Translations under genes and position numbers: made by a program
The notes under the pieces: model-generated
The model's database searches: none
The model's input: the letters and a program-made list of their open reading frames with translations, nothing else
What the model was told of the DNA's origin: nothing
Assembly: GCF_964355755.1 (NCBI RefSeq)
Contig: NC_092676.1
Span: 14,774,871-14,838,870 of the forward strand
Length of the DNA: 64,000 bases
Direction of reading: 5' to 3'
Origin: Antedon mediterranea
Taxonomy: Eukaryota > Animalia > Echinodermata
Shown here: positions 13,659-29,043 of the stretch, in pieces
Position numbering within the stretch: the stretch's first letter is position 1
How the letters are laid out: each line of letters opens with the position of its first letter

Positions 13659-14258
13659 GATGTCTTGTCTTGCATAACATAAATACAGTACAATACAAGT
13701 GGTTTTTCAATATGTTATAAAATATCAAACTGAAAAAAATAATTATTTTTTAATGTAACAAAAATGTTTCATGAATCTCTGTAAATCGTTTTTAATTATG
13801 TATGAACACAGCCAGTACATTTATTTTATTCTTATCTAGAATAGTAAATGTGCATATTTAATGTCATTCATTTAATTGTAAAAAAAATGTAATTCTCATT
13901 CTGAATACTGTATACATTACTAGTACAGATACAATTAATTCTATGAGGTTAAAAATGAAAGGTTGTATTTTCACAAAGGCAAATAGTTTTACCGAATGAA
14001 ATACAGATTAGATTATTATAATGTACTGTTTATATACTGAATAGAATAATATGGTATTATGTTTTAGTATTACTGTACCATGGAGGAAAAAATATGGTAT
14101 TACATTCCTGATGATCAAATAAAATACGAAATGTTGAATCATGGCTTGCTTATTTGGAGTTATAAAGTAGAAAAGTGCTAATTTCATCTCTTTTGTACAT
14201 ATGGTGGCTCTGAAAAGAGCCTTTTGGTTTGAGAAAACGGAGAATTGTCGTCTTACTC

Positions 14259-14672
<414 letters not shown>

Positions 14673-15537
14673 TCAACTAATAAATTGATTGATATCAAAA
14701 TTGTGTAAATTCGTGTGTTTATAAGGACCTTTGCAAAGGTAATTAACTACAGGCAATACGATTGGCTAGATGCAAACTTGTGTTTCTTTGTTATTCAAAC
14801 AGGAATCAAGTGATTGGCTAAATTTTCCTGTTTAGAACACGTCCGCATTTTTTTTTCAATGTGGCGGGAGTTCCACAAAACTATTGTCTGATTAACATAT
14901 TAACAAAACGAATTATATTGGTTGAAATCTGTGGCTAAGAACACTTCCGTAGCTGACCAAGATATTGCGCGTTTTTAAACTGTTTTTTTTTTCCCGTTAA
15001 AATTGAACGTTTCTTTTGTCTTTTTATTTTTTAGGTGACATAATTATTTAGTTTTTCTCTTTTTTACAGAAGTAAATAACTTTATTAAAATTGCAAAATG
15101 GCCTATTAAAAGTCTGATTTTACTCATCTTACTAATCTTCATTTTTTTGTTTGAGATGAGGTATGTTGCATTTTAGGCTTCTGCTATCTGACGATAATGT
15201 ATGTATGTAATGTAATGAACCTTTGATATATCCATTTTTCTAGGCCCATATCTTTTTAAATACTGTATTATAATAGTACAGTAGTACTGTAAATAATGTT
15301 AAGTCGAGGATAAATAATACATACTAAAAGAAAAACTGTTGCAGATGACGGTGAAAGCAAAATATTAAAATAACCCTCTTTAGAGATTTTACACATAAAT
15401 TAGCGTTTTGGTGTTATCACAGTACAGTACTGTGTTTCTATTATATTGTTACTTTGTGCTAATTCAATTTCTTTTGGACAAGTGGTGGCTCTGAAAAGAG
15501 CCGTTTGGTTTGCGAATGCGGTAAGCAGTACGATGAT

Positions 15538-15927
15538 TTACTTGGCTTTGGCCCCGGCTTTGGCCTGGGTCTTCTTTGGTAGAAGTACAGCTTGGATGTT
15601 TGGTAGTACACCTCCCTGTGCGATGGTCACACTTCCGAGAAGTCGGTTCAACTCTTCATCATTACGAATGGCAAGTTGAAGATGACGAGGGATGATTCTG
15701 CTCTTCTTGTTATCACGGGCAGCGTTGCCAGCCAACTCCAAGATTTCAGCAGTCAAGTATTCGAGTACGGCAGCCATGTAAACTGGGGCACCAGCACCGA
15801 CACGGGATGCGTAGTTACCTTTTCGCAAGAATCGGTGAACACGACCGACTGGAAACTGAAGTCCAGCACGGCTTGATCGGCTCTTGGCCTTTCCTTTAGC
15901 TTTTCCTCCTTTGCCACGTCCAGACAT
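15538..15927 (-). CDS. H2A: Histone H2A
   Basis: [14 protein letters not shown]...VLLPKK; intronless; stem-loop at 15487-15502. Confidence 0.99.
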   Translation of the reverse strand: MSGRGKGGKAKGKAKSRSSRAGLQFPVGRVHRFLRKGNYASRVGAGAPVYMAAVLEYLTAEILELAGNAARDNKKSRIIPRHLQLAIRNDEELNRLLGSVTIAQGGVLPNIQAVLLPKKTQAKAGAKAK

Positions 15928-17074
15928 ACTTGTTACTTGCTATTGTGTTTCGGTATATTCGAAAATAATGAAAATTCAACAGTACCCGGTATTTTATAGC
16001 CGCCTTTGGTTCGCATTACGGAAATCGTGTACTGTTGTGACCAATCACAGTCGTCCGCGCTGTAGCCGGTAATCACTTTTATTGTGTTGTTCTATTGGGT
16101 AGGCGTTCTTTGTTATTTTGGCGCAAATTTACAAAATATCATCACAACGGTTATATGTCACTGGTATATTTTATTCAATATATACAGTACATAAAAATAC
16201 ATTCATAAAATTTAGCAGCAGAAAAAAGTAACATTTTTAAGCTGAATTGCACTTTTATGATAACAGAAAAGGATTACAATAAAAAAATAAGTAACCTAAT
16301 TACAAATTTAACAACGGTTAAATTCGAATTCATCGTAAAATTTTAATCTGTAAATGTGAAAAACAATGTACAGTAAATTCATAAAACAATTTGTTCATAA
16401 ATGTAAGACCAGTTAAATATCCAAAATTCAACCTGATTTCACTATACCAAAGTACATAATACTACTGTACTGTATAAGTACCTTATCGATTTTATGCTTA
16501 CATAAATAATGATTAACCTGGGTAATAAATATTAACCATATATCACCCACTGAAACAATAGTAGTAGTACAAGCATGATGTCTTCTTTTATGGAAAACAC
16601 CATGCATAGCTTCTTTAAAACGTCGTATATTAAATATAAAATTGTCATAAGAGTCCAAATTGTTTTGGTTATACAGTAACAATATTATGTAGGCCAATAT
16701 GAACATGAGCATCATGATGTAATACTGTATATTGTTTGCATGGTGAAATCAAATGTTAATACAGTATACAGGGTCATCGATTCACATTGTGCAATGTTGA
16801 TTCGGATATATTATACTGTAGTATACCTTTGGAAATAAATATTTAAATTCAAAAACCGCCCGGTGATGTACTGACATTTTAAATTAATTTGAGTCCGAGA
16901 GTTATTTCTCGTGTAATTGATAGCATTATCTATGCACTGTGACGTGTGCAACAGCAAGGAAATGTGGATTGTAAGGTACAATAATGAGACACATTAGCAA
17001 ACAAATCCCTTTTGTACATGTGGTGGCTCTGAAAAGAGCCGTTTGGTTTGAAATTGATTGAACTGTATAACTGC

Positions 17075-17425
<351 letters not shown>

Positions 17426-17639
17426 CTAACCGTTTTGAAAATAGACGTATTTATAGAGCAAATGCGGACGTGAATTTAGACTGCTCTACCTGACCTTAGT
17501 ACCGAAACGCAATTAGCCTTTGTATTTGGTTTTGGTGGGAAATACAATAATAACACTGTACTTTCTCTCTTGTTATCTTTTGTTCAACATTCCTCCACGG
17601 TTTAACATATTTATTTTGTCGAAATCAATGCCTTGTTTC

Positions 17640-20477
17640 ATTCATCATGGCAAATGTCTTTTAAATATTGGTTTCAACAATGTAAATCGATTACGCTCTA
17701 AAGTTCCAGAAATTTTAAGATTAATGAATTCGGAAAATATACACATATTTGGAGTTGTAGAAACTTTTTTAAAAGGTGAATTAACTGATGATATTAATGG
17801 GTTCCAATGGATAGGTAAAAACAGAAGTTCAAAGGGAGGTGGTGGAATTGGTGCATTTATATCAAAAAATGTTAAGATTATTGATGACAATGTTTTGAAC
17901 TCGCGAGATGATACATATGAAAGATTATGGTTCAAAATCTCTCCTGGTGAAAATCAAATTTATATAGCCGTTGCATATTTTCCTGTTGAGGGAGTAGATA
18001 ATGATTTAGGCCTATGTGATGAATTATATAACCAATTGCTTGCTGATATAATTTGTATCGAGAATGATCATGGGGACACCGATCCCCAAATCATAATAAT
18101 GTCTGATATGAATGCTAGGATTGGTAAAGAAATCCCTTATGGCGATCCAGTTCTAAACTCAAATGGCGAGCGTCTTTTAAATTTTCGTAACGACACATGT
18201 TTAAATATTCTTAATTGTACTCGGAAATGTGTAGGTAAATTCACATGGTTTAGAAACAATTTCCAAAGTACTATCGATTATATGCTTTGTTCTGATAATT
18301 TAGTCGATTCTGTTAAAGAATTTTTTATTGATGAAGATCGAATAATGGGTCTGGGGAGTGACCATAATGTTTTATTATTAAAATTATCTGTAAAATGTGT
18401 TGGTAAAGTATACGTTAATCGTAATACCAGATATAGCTGGGACTTTAAACAAGGGCAAGATTTTGAATTATTTCATGGTAAAATAGAAGAAAAGTTTAAA
18501 GATTGGAATGCCGATTCATACCATGATGTTGACATGCTTTGGGAATCATGGAAACAAAATTTAATTGAAGCGGCCCGCGAAGGAATTGGTGTACGTAAAC
18601 AAAAAAAATAGTAATAAATGCAATGCTTGGTTTGACAAGGAAGTCGAAACTGCTATAAAACAAAGAAGAGATGCAGCTCGTCTTCATAGAAAATGGGCAA
18701 AGAATAAAAGTAATTTAGATGAAGGGGAGAAGCTATGGCAAAGCTATCTTGATAAGAAAAATCATACAAAGAATCTAATTAGAAATAAGATTACTGAAAT
18801 GCAAGTAAATAGATCGATTGATATTGCCATGGTCGTAATTGCCGTGACTTTTGGAAAGTGCTTAAAGGAAATACGCGCAAAAATGACACTGTACAATGCC
18901 TAAAAATACCGGGCACTAATGAAATAACTTGTGACCGAAATAAAATGAACTATACCGTCTTAGAGTATTGGAGTACACTAGGAAAGATGAATAGAAATTT
19001 AAATTCCGAGTATGATAAAGATTATATAGAGACAGTCAATTTCGTTAATAACCTTAAAATAAATAATGACTGTAGGCAAAATGTTGAGGATAGCACTAAA
19101 TCAATAGTTGACATTAAACTAGCATTAGATATAGTTAAATCTGCTATCTACCAATCAAAAAACAACAAATCTGCTGGTTCTGACAATATATCTAATGAAT
19201 TACTTAAAAACGGTGGGACGATTTTAAATAGATTAATCTTATCACTATTCAAAAAAATTGTTAGTCTTGAAAAAGTACCGTCGGAATGGAATAGTAGCAT
19301 TGTTGTACCAATATATAAAAAGGGTGATAGAAGGGACCTAAATAACTTTAGAGGAATATCTTTAACATCTTGCGTTTCTAAAATATTCAATAGAGTTGTA
19401 CATTACACAGTTTCCGACTTCTTAGAAGAAAACAATATACCCTTTCAGAAGTTCAGGGAGGGTTTAGACCCCACCGAAGATGTGAAGACCACATTTTCAC
19501 TCTTAAAAACATTGCTAGTTGCCGACTTGCGGAAGGCAAGAAGACTTACTTAGCATTCCTTGACATAAAAAAAGCATTTGATAGCGTATGGAGAGATGGA
19601 TTGCTAATGGCAATATGGAATATTGGAATTCGTGGTAGATTATGGAATATTATAAGTAGCTTGTATGACAATGTTAAGGGGCAAGTAAGATTTGGTGACA
19701 TTGAAACACAGTCTTTTGATATAGAAGAAGGTGTTAAGCAAGGGTGTGTCCTTTCCCCAACCCTGTTTTGCATAATAATGAACGAACTCACTAAATTATT
19801 ACGATTTTTATGGCTCAAGTTTAAAATTTAAACTTCGTTCAAACACTTTACCACTTGGAAAAATTACAAATAAGTGGAACATTGATAATCTAAATGACAA
19901 GTGTAAGGTTTGTGGGTCAGGTGAAGAAGATGTTAAACATTTCCTGTTTATTTGTAATAAGTTACATTGTACTGTATTAGAATGGAAGAATTACAAACAC
20001 TTCAACATAAACTTATTGCAATAAATTGTGTAGATACTTGGGTAAATTTTATTTCTGGTGACCTATCTATTAAGGTTCAATATGTCCTAGGAAGCACGTT
20101 ATTCCATAAAAATAACTCTCACGACATTTATGCTGTATTTGACAGTTATTGTAAAATGTACACAAGCCGTGCTTGGAAATTAAGAAATGCAATTGTATTA
20201 CAACTTTGAACTGTTTTATTTTAAAAAAAAAGTGTTTTCTTTTCCATTGCTGTTGCAAAATTAGTAGTTGTATATTAGTGTAGTTTTAGTTTGTAAATAA
20301 GTTTTGTAATAGCGTCGAGTCAAATGTTATGTCATTATCTCAAATATGTTTTATTTTCGTTTCAGTTTTTATTTTTCATTGTTTTTGTATTGAATTTTGT
20401 AATTGGTATGGACGCACCATCTACGCATGTGTGCCACTGTTAAAAAAGTGTTGTTCCAAATAAATATTATTATTATT
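17640..20477 (+). mobile_element. Defective APE-type non-LTR retrotransposon (LINE), 5'-truncated with an internal RT deletion
   Basis: Endonuclease motifs (NVNRL, VETFL, DMNARIG, IDY, SDHN) in 17520-18611; RT motifs (NFRGISL, AFDSV, GVKQGCVLSPTLF) broken by frameshifts; jumps at ~19800 to a CCHC finger (CKVC...H...C); (TAT)n tail. The 5' end is approximate. Confidence 0.9.
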
Positions 20478-20627
20478 GAAACTGTGTGCGATATTCGGAA
20501 GCTATTCTTCTATTTATATTGATAAAAACACCAGTTGCATTAATTTCTTTCAAGATATTAAACATTATAAAAGATGTACGCTTTCTTTGATGAACATAAT
20601 TATATATTATAATATTTACATTTTACA

Positions 20628-20675
20628 GCTAAAAAGGCTTCAAAATCACCAAAGAAGGCACCTGCAAAGAAGTAA
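20628..20675 (+). pseudogene. H1: 3' remnant of histone H1
   Basis: AKKASKSPKKAPAKK* (SPKK motif, K/A-rich), followed by the same histone stem-loop; the 5' part is replaced by the inverted arm. Confidence 0.85.
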
Positions 20676-20704
20676 AATATTTACGACCAAAATCCAAACC
20701 AAAC

Positions 20705-20720
20705 GGCTCTTTTCAGAGCC
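20705..20720 (+). terminator. Histone 3' stem-loop (H1 remnant)
   Basis: AAACCAAAC-GGCTCTTTTCAGAGCC-ACCA then CAAAAGAGA. Confidence 0.95.
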
Positions 20721-20875
20721 ACCAAATATCCAAAAGAGATTTGATTTCTTTCATGCATAGCCTTTACTGAATTATTAAATGTTATGAATGTATAACAAGG
20801 TGATTTGTATATACACCACATTTTTTTTATAATCCATTTACAAAACAATACAAATAGTGCAATATTTTTTAAATA

Positions 20876-21654
20876 CAGTCGACTCCGCCTAAGTCGAATC
20901 TAATGGGACCGGTATAAAAATTCGAGTTACGCGAACTTCGACTTACAGATTTGCCAAAAAAATGCTAGGCCTAGGTTCACTCACTAGCCGCGCTATGGCT
21001 AGGCCTAGTGGACCCTGCCCTGTCGCGATCGCGGCCCACGCGATGAGCCTTCTTGAATTGAGTTTGCTTGGCTAGCTAGCTAGCTAGGCCTAATAAATGC
21101 TAAGCCTCTTTATCGGCAATGATAAACTGTATTTTTCTTTTATGGTTTAAGCCCGAAACAATACAAAAACGTATAATAAATACATTTCGGTTTTTATTCG
21201 AAATCGGAATCCATTGTTTATTGCCATCTGTCTAGCACAAAATAGGTACCCACAAAACGCCGCTCAAGTTCTCAACTCTGAAACAACTCATACACTATAC
21301 ACTAGCGCGAGTTGTAGGACGCCGCCTATACTATACAACCTGCTTGAGAGAACCGATATGGTCCCACATTATCCCCTCTGTTGTTTGTTTATCGAATTAC
21401 GTACGTTTCATCGGCTTTTTTAGCGCGTTGTTGCCGAGTAATTTGTGACTTCGACTTATACGATATAAATCACTAAAGAATGTGTGTATTCGGACCGCAA
21501 AAAGACGTCGACTTAGACGAATTTCGACTTAGAAAAATTCGACTTAGAAATAAAAATTACACAGTAATGTATAGGAAAAAATTGGGACTTTCCTAAAAAT
21601 TCGACTTCCGCGATTTTTCGACTTACGCGAATTCGATTTACGCGGAGTCGACTG
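20876..21654. mobile_element. Tc1/mariner(pogo)-like MITE in the palindrome spacer
   Basis: TA-cagtcgactccgc...gcggagtcgactg-TA; subterminal TTCGACTT repeats. Confidence 0.85.
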
Positions 21655-22222
21655 TAATTTGTTGCTTTTTATAAATAATGACCAGTTACAAATGTTTGAA
21701 CCTTTGATTTCGACAAACGAAACTGAATGAACAAGGTTGAATCGGAGGGTCAACTACTGTATTAATATTTTTATGTATGGCAATATAAAATAAACGATGA
21801 TAAAGTGAGGCAACACATGTTATGATTCCATATTTCGAATTTTATTTGTTCACCTTCATGAATGCATGACAAAGAAAATTAAACCAACAATACAAAATTA
21901 ATTTCTCACAAAAATAAAAAATCAATTGCTTTTATTTATTTACCGTATAACATTTGATCATCCTCATCTCGTGTCATCATTATATGATACAAGCTGAGGT
22001 ATTTATACTATAGAATCAAAGAATGTACTTTTATAAATATGTATTTTATTTATTTAATCTAAATTGTATATTTTTAAAATGTAAATATTATAATATATAA
22101 TTATGTTCATCAAAGAAAGCGTACATCTTTTATAATGTTTAATATCTTGAAAGAAATTAATGCAACTGGTGTTTTTATCAATATAAATAGAAGAATAGCT
22201 TCCGAATATCGCACACAGTTTC

Positions 22223-25060
22223 AATAATAATAATATTTATTTGGAACAACACTTTTTTAACAGTGGCACACATGCGTAGATGGTGCGTCCATACCAATTA
22301 CAAAATTCAATACAAAAACAATGAAAAATAAAAACTGAAACGAAAATAAAACATATTTGAGATAATGACATAACATTTGACTCGACGCTATTACAAAACT
22401 TATTTACAAACTAAAACTACACTAATATACAACTACTAATTTTGCAACAGCAATGGAAAAGAAAACACTTTTTTTTTAAAATAAAACAGTTCAAAGTTGT
22501 AATACAATTGCATTTCTTAATTTCCAAGCACGGCTTGTGTACATTTTACAATAACTGTCAAATACAGCATAAATGTCGTGAGAGTTATTTTTATGGAATA
22601 ACGTGCTTCCTAGGACATATTGAACCTTAATAGATAGGTCACCAGAAATAAAATTTACCCAAGTATCTACACAATTTATTGCAATAAGTTTATGTTGAAG
22701 TGTTTGTAATTCTTCCATTCTAATACAGTACAATGTAACTTATTACAAATAAACAGGAAATGTTTAACATCTTCTTCACCTGACCCACAAACCTTACACT
22801 TGTCATTTAGATTATCAATGTTCCACTTATTTGTAATTTTTCCAAGTGGTAAAGTGTTTGAACGAAGTTTAAATTTTAAACTTGAGCCATAAAAATCGTA
22901 ATAATTTAGTGAGTTCGTTCATTATTATGCAAAACAGGGTTGGGGAAAGGACACACCCTTGCTTAACACCTTCTTCTATATCAAAAGACTGTGTTTCAAT
23001 GTCACCAAATCTTACTTGCCCCTTAACATTGTCATACAAGCTACTTATAATATTCCATAATCTACCACGAATTCCAATATTCCATATTGCCATTAGCAAT
23101 CCATCTCTCCATACGCTATCAAATGCTTTTTTTATGTCAAGGAATGCTAAGTAAGTCTTCTTGCCTTCCGCAAGTCGGCAACTAGCAATGTTTTTAAGAG
23201 TGAAAATGTGGTCTTCACATCTTCGGTGGGGTCTAAACCCTCCCTGAACTTCTGAAAGGGTATATTGTTTTCTTCTAAGAAGTCGGAAACTGTGTAATGT
23301 ACAACTCTATTGAATATTTTAGAAACGCAAGATGTTAAAGATATTCCTCTAAAGTTATTTAGGTCCCTTCTATCACCCTTTTTATATATTGGTACAACAA
23401 TGCTACTATTCCATTCCGACGGTACTTTTTCAAGACTAACAATTTTTTTGAATAGTGATAAGATTAATCTATTTAAAATCGTCCCACCGTTTTTAAGTAA
23501 TTCATTAGATATATTGTCAGAACCAGCAGATTTGTTGTTTTTTGATTGGTAGATAGCAGATTTAACTATATCTAATGCTAGTTTAATGTCAACTATTGAT
23601 TTAGTGCTATCCTCAACATTTTGCCTACAGTCATTATTTATTTTAAGGTTATTAACGAAATTGACTGTCTCTATATAATCTTTATCATACTCGGAATTTA
23701 AATTTCTATTCATCTTTCCTAGTGTACTCCAATACTCTAAGACGGTATAGTTCATTTTATTTCGGTCACAAGTTATTTCATTAGTGCCCGGTATTTTTAG
23801 GCATTGTACAGTGTCATTTTTGCGCGTATTTCCTTTAAGCACTTTCCAAAAGTCACGGCAATTACGACCATGGCAATATCAATCGATCTATTTACTTGCA
23901 TTTCAGTAATCTTATTTCTAATTAGATTCTTTGTATGATTTTTCTTATCAAGATAGCTTTGCCATAGCTTCTCCCCTTCATCTAAATTACTTTTATTCTT
24001 TGCCCATTTTCTATGAAGACGAGCTGCATCTCTTCTTTGTTTTATAGCAGTTTCGACTTCCTTGTCAAACCAAGCATTGCATTTATTACTATTTTTTTTG
24101 TTTACGTACACCAATTCCTTCGCGGGCCGCTTCAATTAAATTTTGTTTCCATGATTCCCAAAGCATGTCAACATCATGGTATGAATCGGCATTCCAATCT
24201 TTAAACTTTTCTTCTATTTTACCATGAAATAATTCAAAATCTTGCCCTTGTTTAAAGTCCCAGCTATATCTGGTATTACGATTAACGTATACTTTACCAA
24301 CACATTTTACAGATAATTTTAATAATAAAACATTATGGTCACTCCCCAGACCCATTATTCGATCTTCATCAATAAAAAATTCTTTAACAGAATCGACTAA
24401 ATTATCAGAACAAAGCATATAATCGATAGTACTTTGGAAATTGTTTCTAAACCATGTGAATTTACCTACACATTTCCGAGTACAATTAAGAATATTTAAA
24501 CATGTGTCGTTACGAAAATTTAAAAGACGCTCGCCATTTGAGTTTAGAACTGGATCGCCATAAGGGATTTCTTTACCAATCCTAGCATTCATATCAGACA
24601 TTATTATGATTTGGGGATCGGTGTCCCCATGATCATTCTCGATACAAATTATATCAGCAAGCAATTGGTTATATAATTCATCACATAGGCCTAAATCATT
24701 ATCTACTCCCTCAACAGGAAAATATGCAACGGCTATATAAATTTGATTTTCACCAGGAGAGATTTTGAACCATAATCTTTCATATGTATCATCTCGCGAG
24801 TTCAAAACATTGTCATCAATAATCTTAACATTTTTTGATATAAATGCACCAATTCCACCACCTCCCTTTGAACTTCTGTTTTTACCTATCCATTGGAACC
24901 CATTAATATCATCAGTTAATTCACCTTTTAAAAAAGTTTCTACAACTCCAAATATGTGTATATTTTCCGAATTCATTAATCTTAAAATTTCTGGAACTTT
25001 AGAGCGTAATCGATTTACATTGTTGAAACCAATATTTAAAAGACATTTGCCATGATGAAT
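22223..25060 (-). mobile_element. Mirror copy of the defective LINE
   Basis: Identical ORF translations, frameshifts and deletion as 17640-20477. Confidence 0.9.
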
Positions 25061-25274
25061 GAAACAAGGCATTGATTTCGACAAAATAAATATGTTAAAC
25101 CGTGGAGGAATGTTGAACAAAAGATAACAAGAGAGAAAGTACAGTGTTATTATTGTATTTCCCACCAAAACCAAATACAAAGGCTAATTGCGTTTCGGTA
25201 CTAAGGTCAGGTAGAGCAGTCTAAATTCACGTCCGCATTTGCTCTATAAATACGTCTATTTTCAAAACGGTTAG

Positions 25275-25625
<351 letters not shown>

Positions 25626-26772
25626 GCAGTTATACAGTTCAATCAATTTCAAACCAAACGGCTCTTTTCAGAGCCACCACATGTACAAAAGGGATTTGTT
25701 TGCTAATGTGTCTCATTATTGTACCTTACAATCCACATTTCCTTGCTGTTGCACACGTCACAGTGCATAGATAATGCTATCAATTACACGAGAAATAACT
25801 CTCGGACTCAAATTAATTTAAAATGTCAGTACATCACCGGGCGGTTTTTGAATTTAAATATTTATTTCCAAAGGTATACTACAGTATAATATATCCGAAT
25901 CAACATTGCACAATGTGAATCGATGACCCTGTATACTGTATTAACATTTGATTTCACCATGCAAACAATATACAGTATTACATCATGATGCTCATGTTCA
26001 TATTGGCCTACATAATATTGTTACTGTATAACCAAAACAATTTGGACTCTTATGACAATTTTATATTTAATATACGACGTTTTAAAGAAGCTATGCATGG
26101 TGTTTTCCATAAAAGAAGACATCATGCTTGTACTACTACTATTGTTTCAGTGGGTGATATATGGTTAATATTTATTACCCAGGTTAATCATTATTTATGT
26201 AAGCATAAAATCGATAAGGTACTTATACAGTACAGTAGTATTATGTACTTTGGTATAGTGAAATCAGGTTGAATTTTGGATATTTAACTGGTCTTACATT
26301 TATGAACAAATTGTTTTATGAATTTACTGTACATTGTTTTTCACATTTACAGATTAAAATTTTACGATGAATTCGAATTTAACCGTTGTTAAATTTGTAA
26401 TTAGGTTACTTATTTTTTTATTGTAATCCTTTTCTGTTATCATAAAAGTGCAATTCAGCTTAAAAATGTTACTTTTTTCTGCTGCTAAATTTTATGAATG
26501 TATTTTTATGTACTGTATATATTGAATAAAATATACCAGTGACATATAACCGTTGTGATGATATTTTGTAAATTTGCGCCAAAATAACAAAGAACGCCTA
26601 CCCAATAGAACAACACAATAAAAGTGATTACCGGCTACAGCGCGGACGACTGTGATTGGTCACAACAGTACACGATTTCCGTAATGCGAACCAAAGGCGG
26701 CTATAAAATACCGGGTACTGTTGAATTTTCATTATTTTCGAATATACCGAAACACAATAGCAAGTAACAAGT

Positions 26773-27162
26773 ATGTCTGGACGTGGCAAAGGAGGAAAAG
26801 CTAAAGGAAAGGCCAAGAGCCGATCAAGCCGTGCTGGACTTCAGTTTCCAGTCGGTCGTGTTCACCGATTCTTGCGAAAAGGTAACTACGCATCCCGTGT
26901 CGGTGCTGGTGCCCCAGTTTACATGGCTGCCGTACTCGAATACTTGACTGCTGAAATCTTGGAGTTGGCTGGCAACGCTGCCCGTGATAACAAGAAGAGC
27001 AGAATCATCCCTCGTCATCTTCAACTTGCCATTCGTAATGATGAAGAGTTGAACCGACTTCTCGGAAGTGTGACCATCGCACAGGGAGGTGTACTACCAA
27101 ACATCCAAGCTGTACTTCTACCAAAGAAGACCCAGGCCAAAGCCGGGGCCAAAGCCAAGTAA
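26773..27162 (+). CDS. H2A: Histone H2A
   Basis: Identical to the 15538-15927 protein; ATTGG at ~26655; TATA at ~26702; stem-loop at 27198-27213. Confidence 0.99.
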   Translation: MSGRGKGGKAKGKAKSRSSRAGLQFPVGRVHRFLRKGNYASRVGAGAPVYMAAVLEYLTAEILELAGNAARDNKKSRIIPRHLQLAIRNDEELNRLLGSVTIAQGGVLPNIQAVLLPKKTQAKAGAKAK

Positions 27163-28027
27163 ATCATCGTACTGCTTACCGCATTCGCAAACCAAACGGC
27201 TCTTTTCAGAGCCACCACTTGTCCAAAAGAAATTGAATTAGCACAAAGTAACAATATAATAGAAACACAGTACTGTACTGTGATAACACCAAAACGCTAA
27301 TTTATGTGTAAAATCTCTAAAGAGGGTTATTTTAATATTTTGCTTTCACCGTCATCTGCAACAGTTTTTCTTTTAGTATGTATTATTTATCCTCGACTTA
27401 ACATTATTTACAGTACTACTGTACTATTATAATACAGTATTTAAAAAGATATGGGCCTAGAAAAATGGATATATCAAAGGTTCATTACATTACATACATA
27501 CATTATCGTCAGATAGCAGAAGCCTAAAATGCAACATACCTCATCTCAAACAAAAAAATGAAGATTAGTAAGATGAGTAAAATCAGACTTTTAATAGGCC
27601 ATTTTGCAATTTTAATAAAGTTATTTACTTCTGTAAAAAAGAGAAAAACTAAATAATTATGTCACCTAAAAAATAAAAAGACAAAAGAAACGTTCAATTT
27701 TAACGGGAAAAAAAAAACAGTTTAAAAACGCGCAATATCTTGGTCAGCTACGGAAGTGTTCTTAGCCACAGATTTCAACCAATATAATTCGTTTTGTTAA
27801 TATGTTAATCAGACAATAGTTTTGTGGAACTCCCGCCACATTGAAAAAAAAATGCGGACGTGTTCTAAACAGGAAAATTTAGCCAATCACTTGATTCCTG
27901 TTTGAATAACAAAGAAACACAAGTTTGCATCTAGCCAATCGTATTGCCTGTAGTTAATTACCTTTGCAAAGGTCCTTATAAACACACGAATTTACACAAT
28001 TTTGATATCAATCAATTTATTAGTTGA

Positions 28028-28441
<414 letters not shown>

Positions 28442-29043
28442 GAGTAAGACGACAATTCTCCGTTTTCTCAAACCAAAAGGCTCTTTTCAGAGCCACCATA
28501 TGTACAAAAGAGATGAAATTAGCACTTTTCTACTTTATAACTCCAAATAAGCAAGCCATGATTCAACATTTCGTATTTTATTTGATCATCAGGAATGTAA
28601 TACCATATTTTTTCCTCCATGGTACAGTAATACTAAAACATAATACCATATTATTCTATTCAGTATATAAACAGTACATTATAATAATCTAATCTGTATT
28701 TCATTCGGTAAAACTATTTGCCTTTGTGAAAATACAACCTTTCATTTTTAACCTCATAGAATTAATTGTATCTGTACTAGTAATGTATACAGTATTCAGA
28801 ATGAGAATTACATTTTTTTTACAATTAAATGAATGACATTAAATATGCACATTTACTATTCTAGATAAGAATAAAATAAATGTACTGGCTGTGTTCATAC
28901 ATAATTAAAAACGATTTACAGAGATTCATGAAACATTTTTGTTACATTAAAAAATAATTATTTTTTTCAGTTTGATATTTTATAACATATTGAAAAACCA
29001 CTTGTATTGTACTGTATTTATGTTATGCAAGACAAGACATCAG

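Noticed and set aside
20610-20630. ttttacag splice acceptor in front of the H1 tail, suggesting a spliced LINE-H1 chimera
   Set aside because: It is formed by the inversion junction itself; no matching donor or open upstream exon was found.
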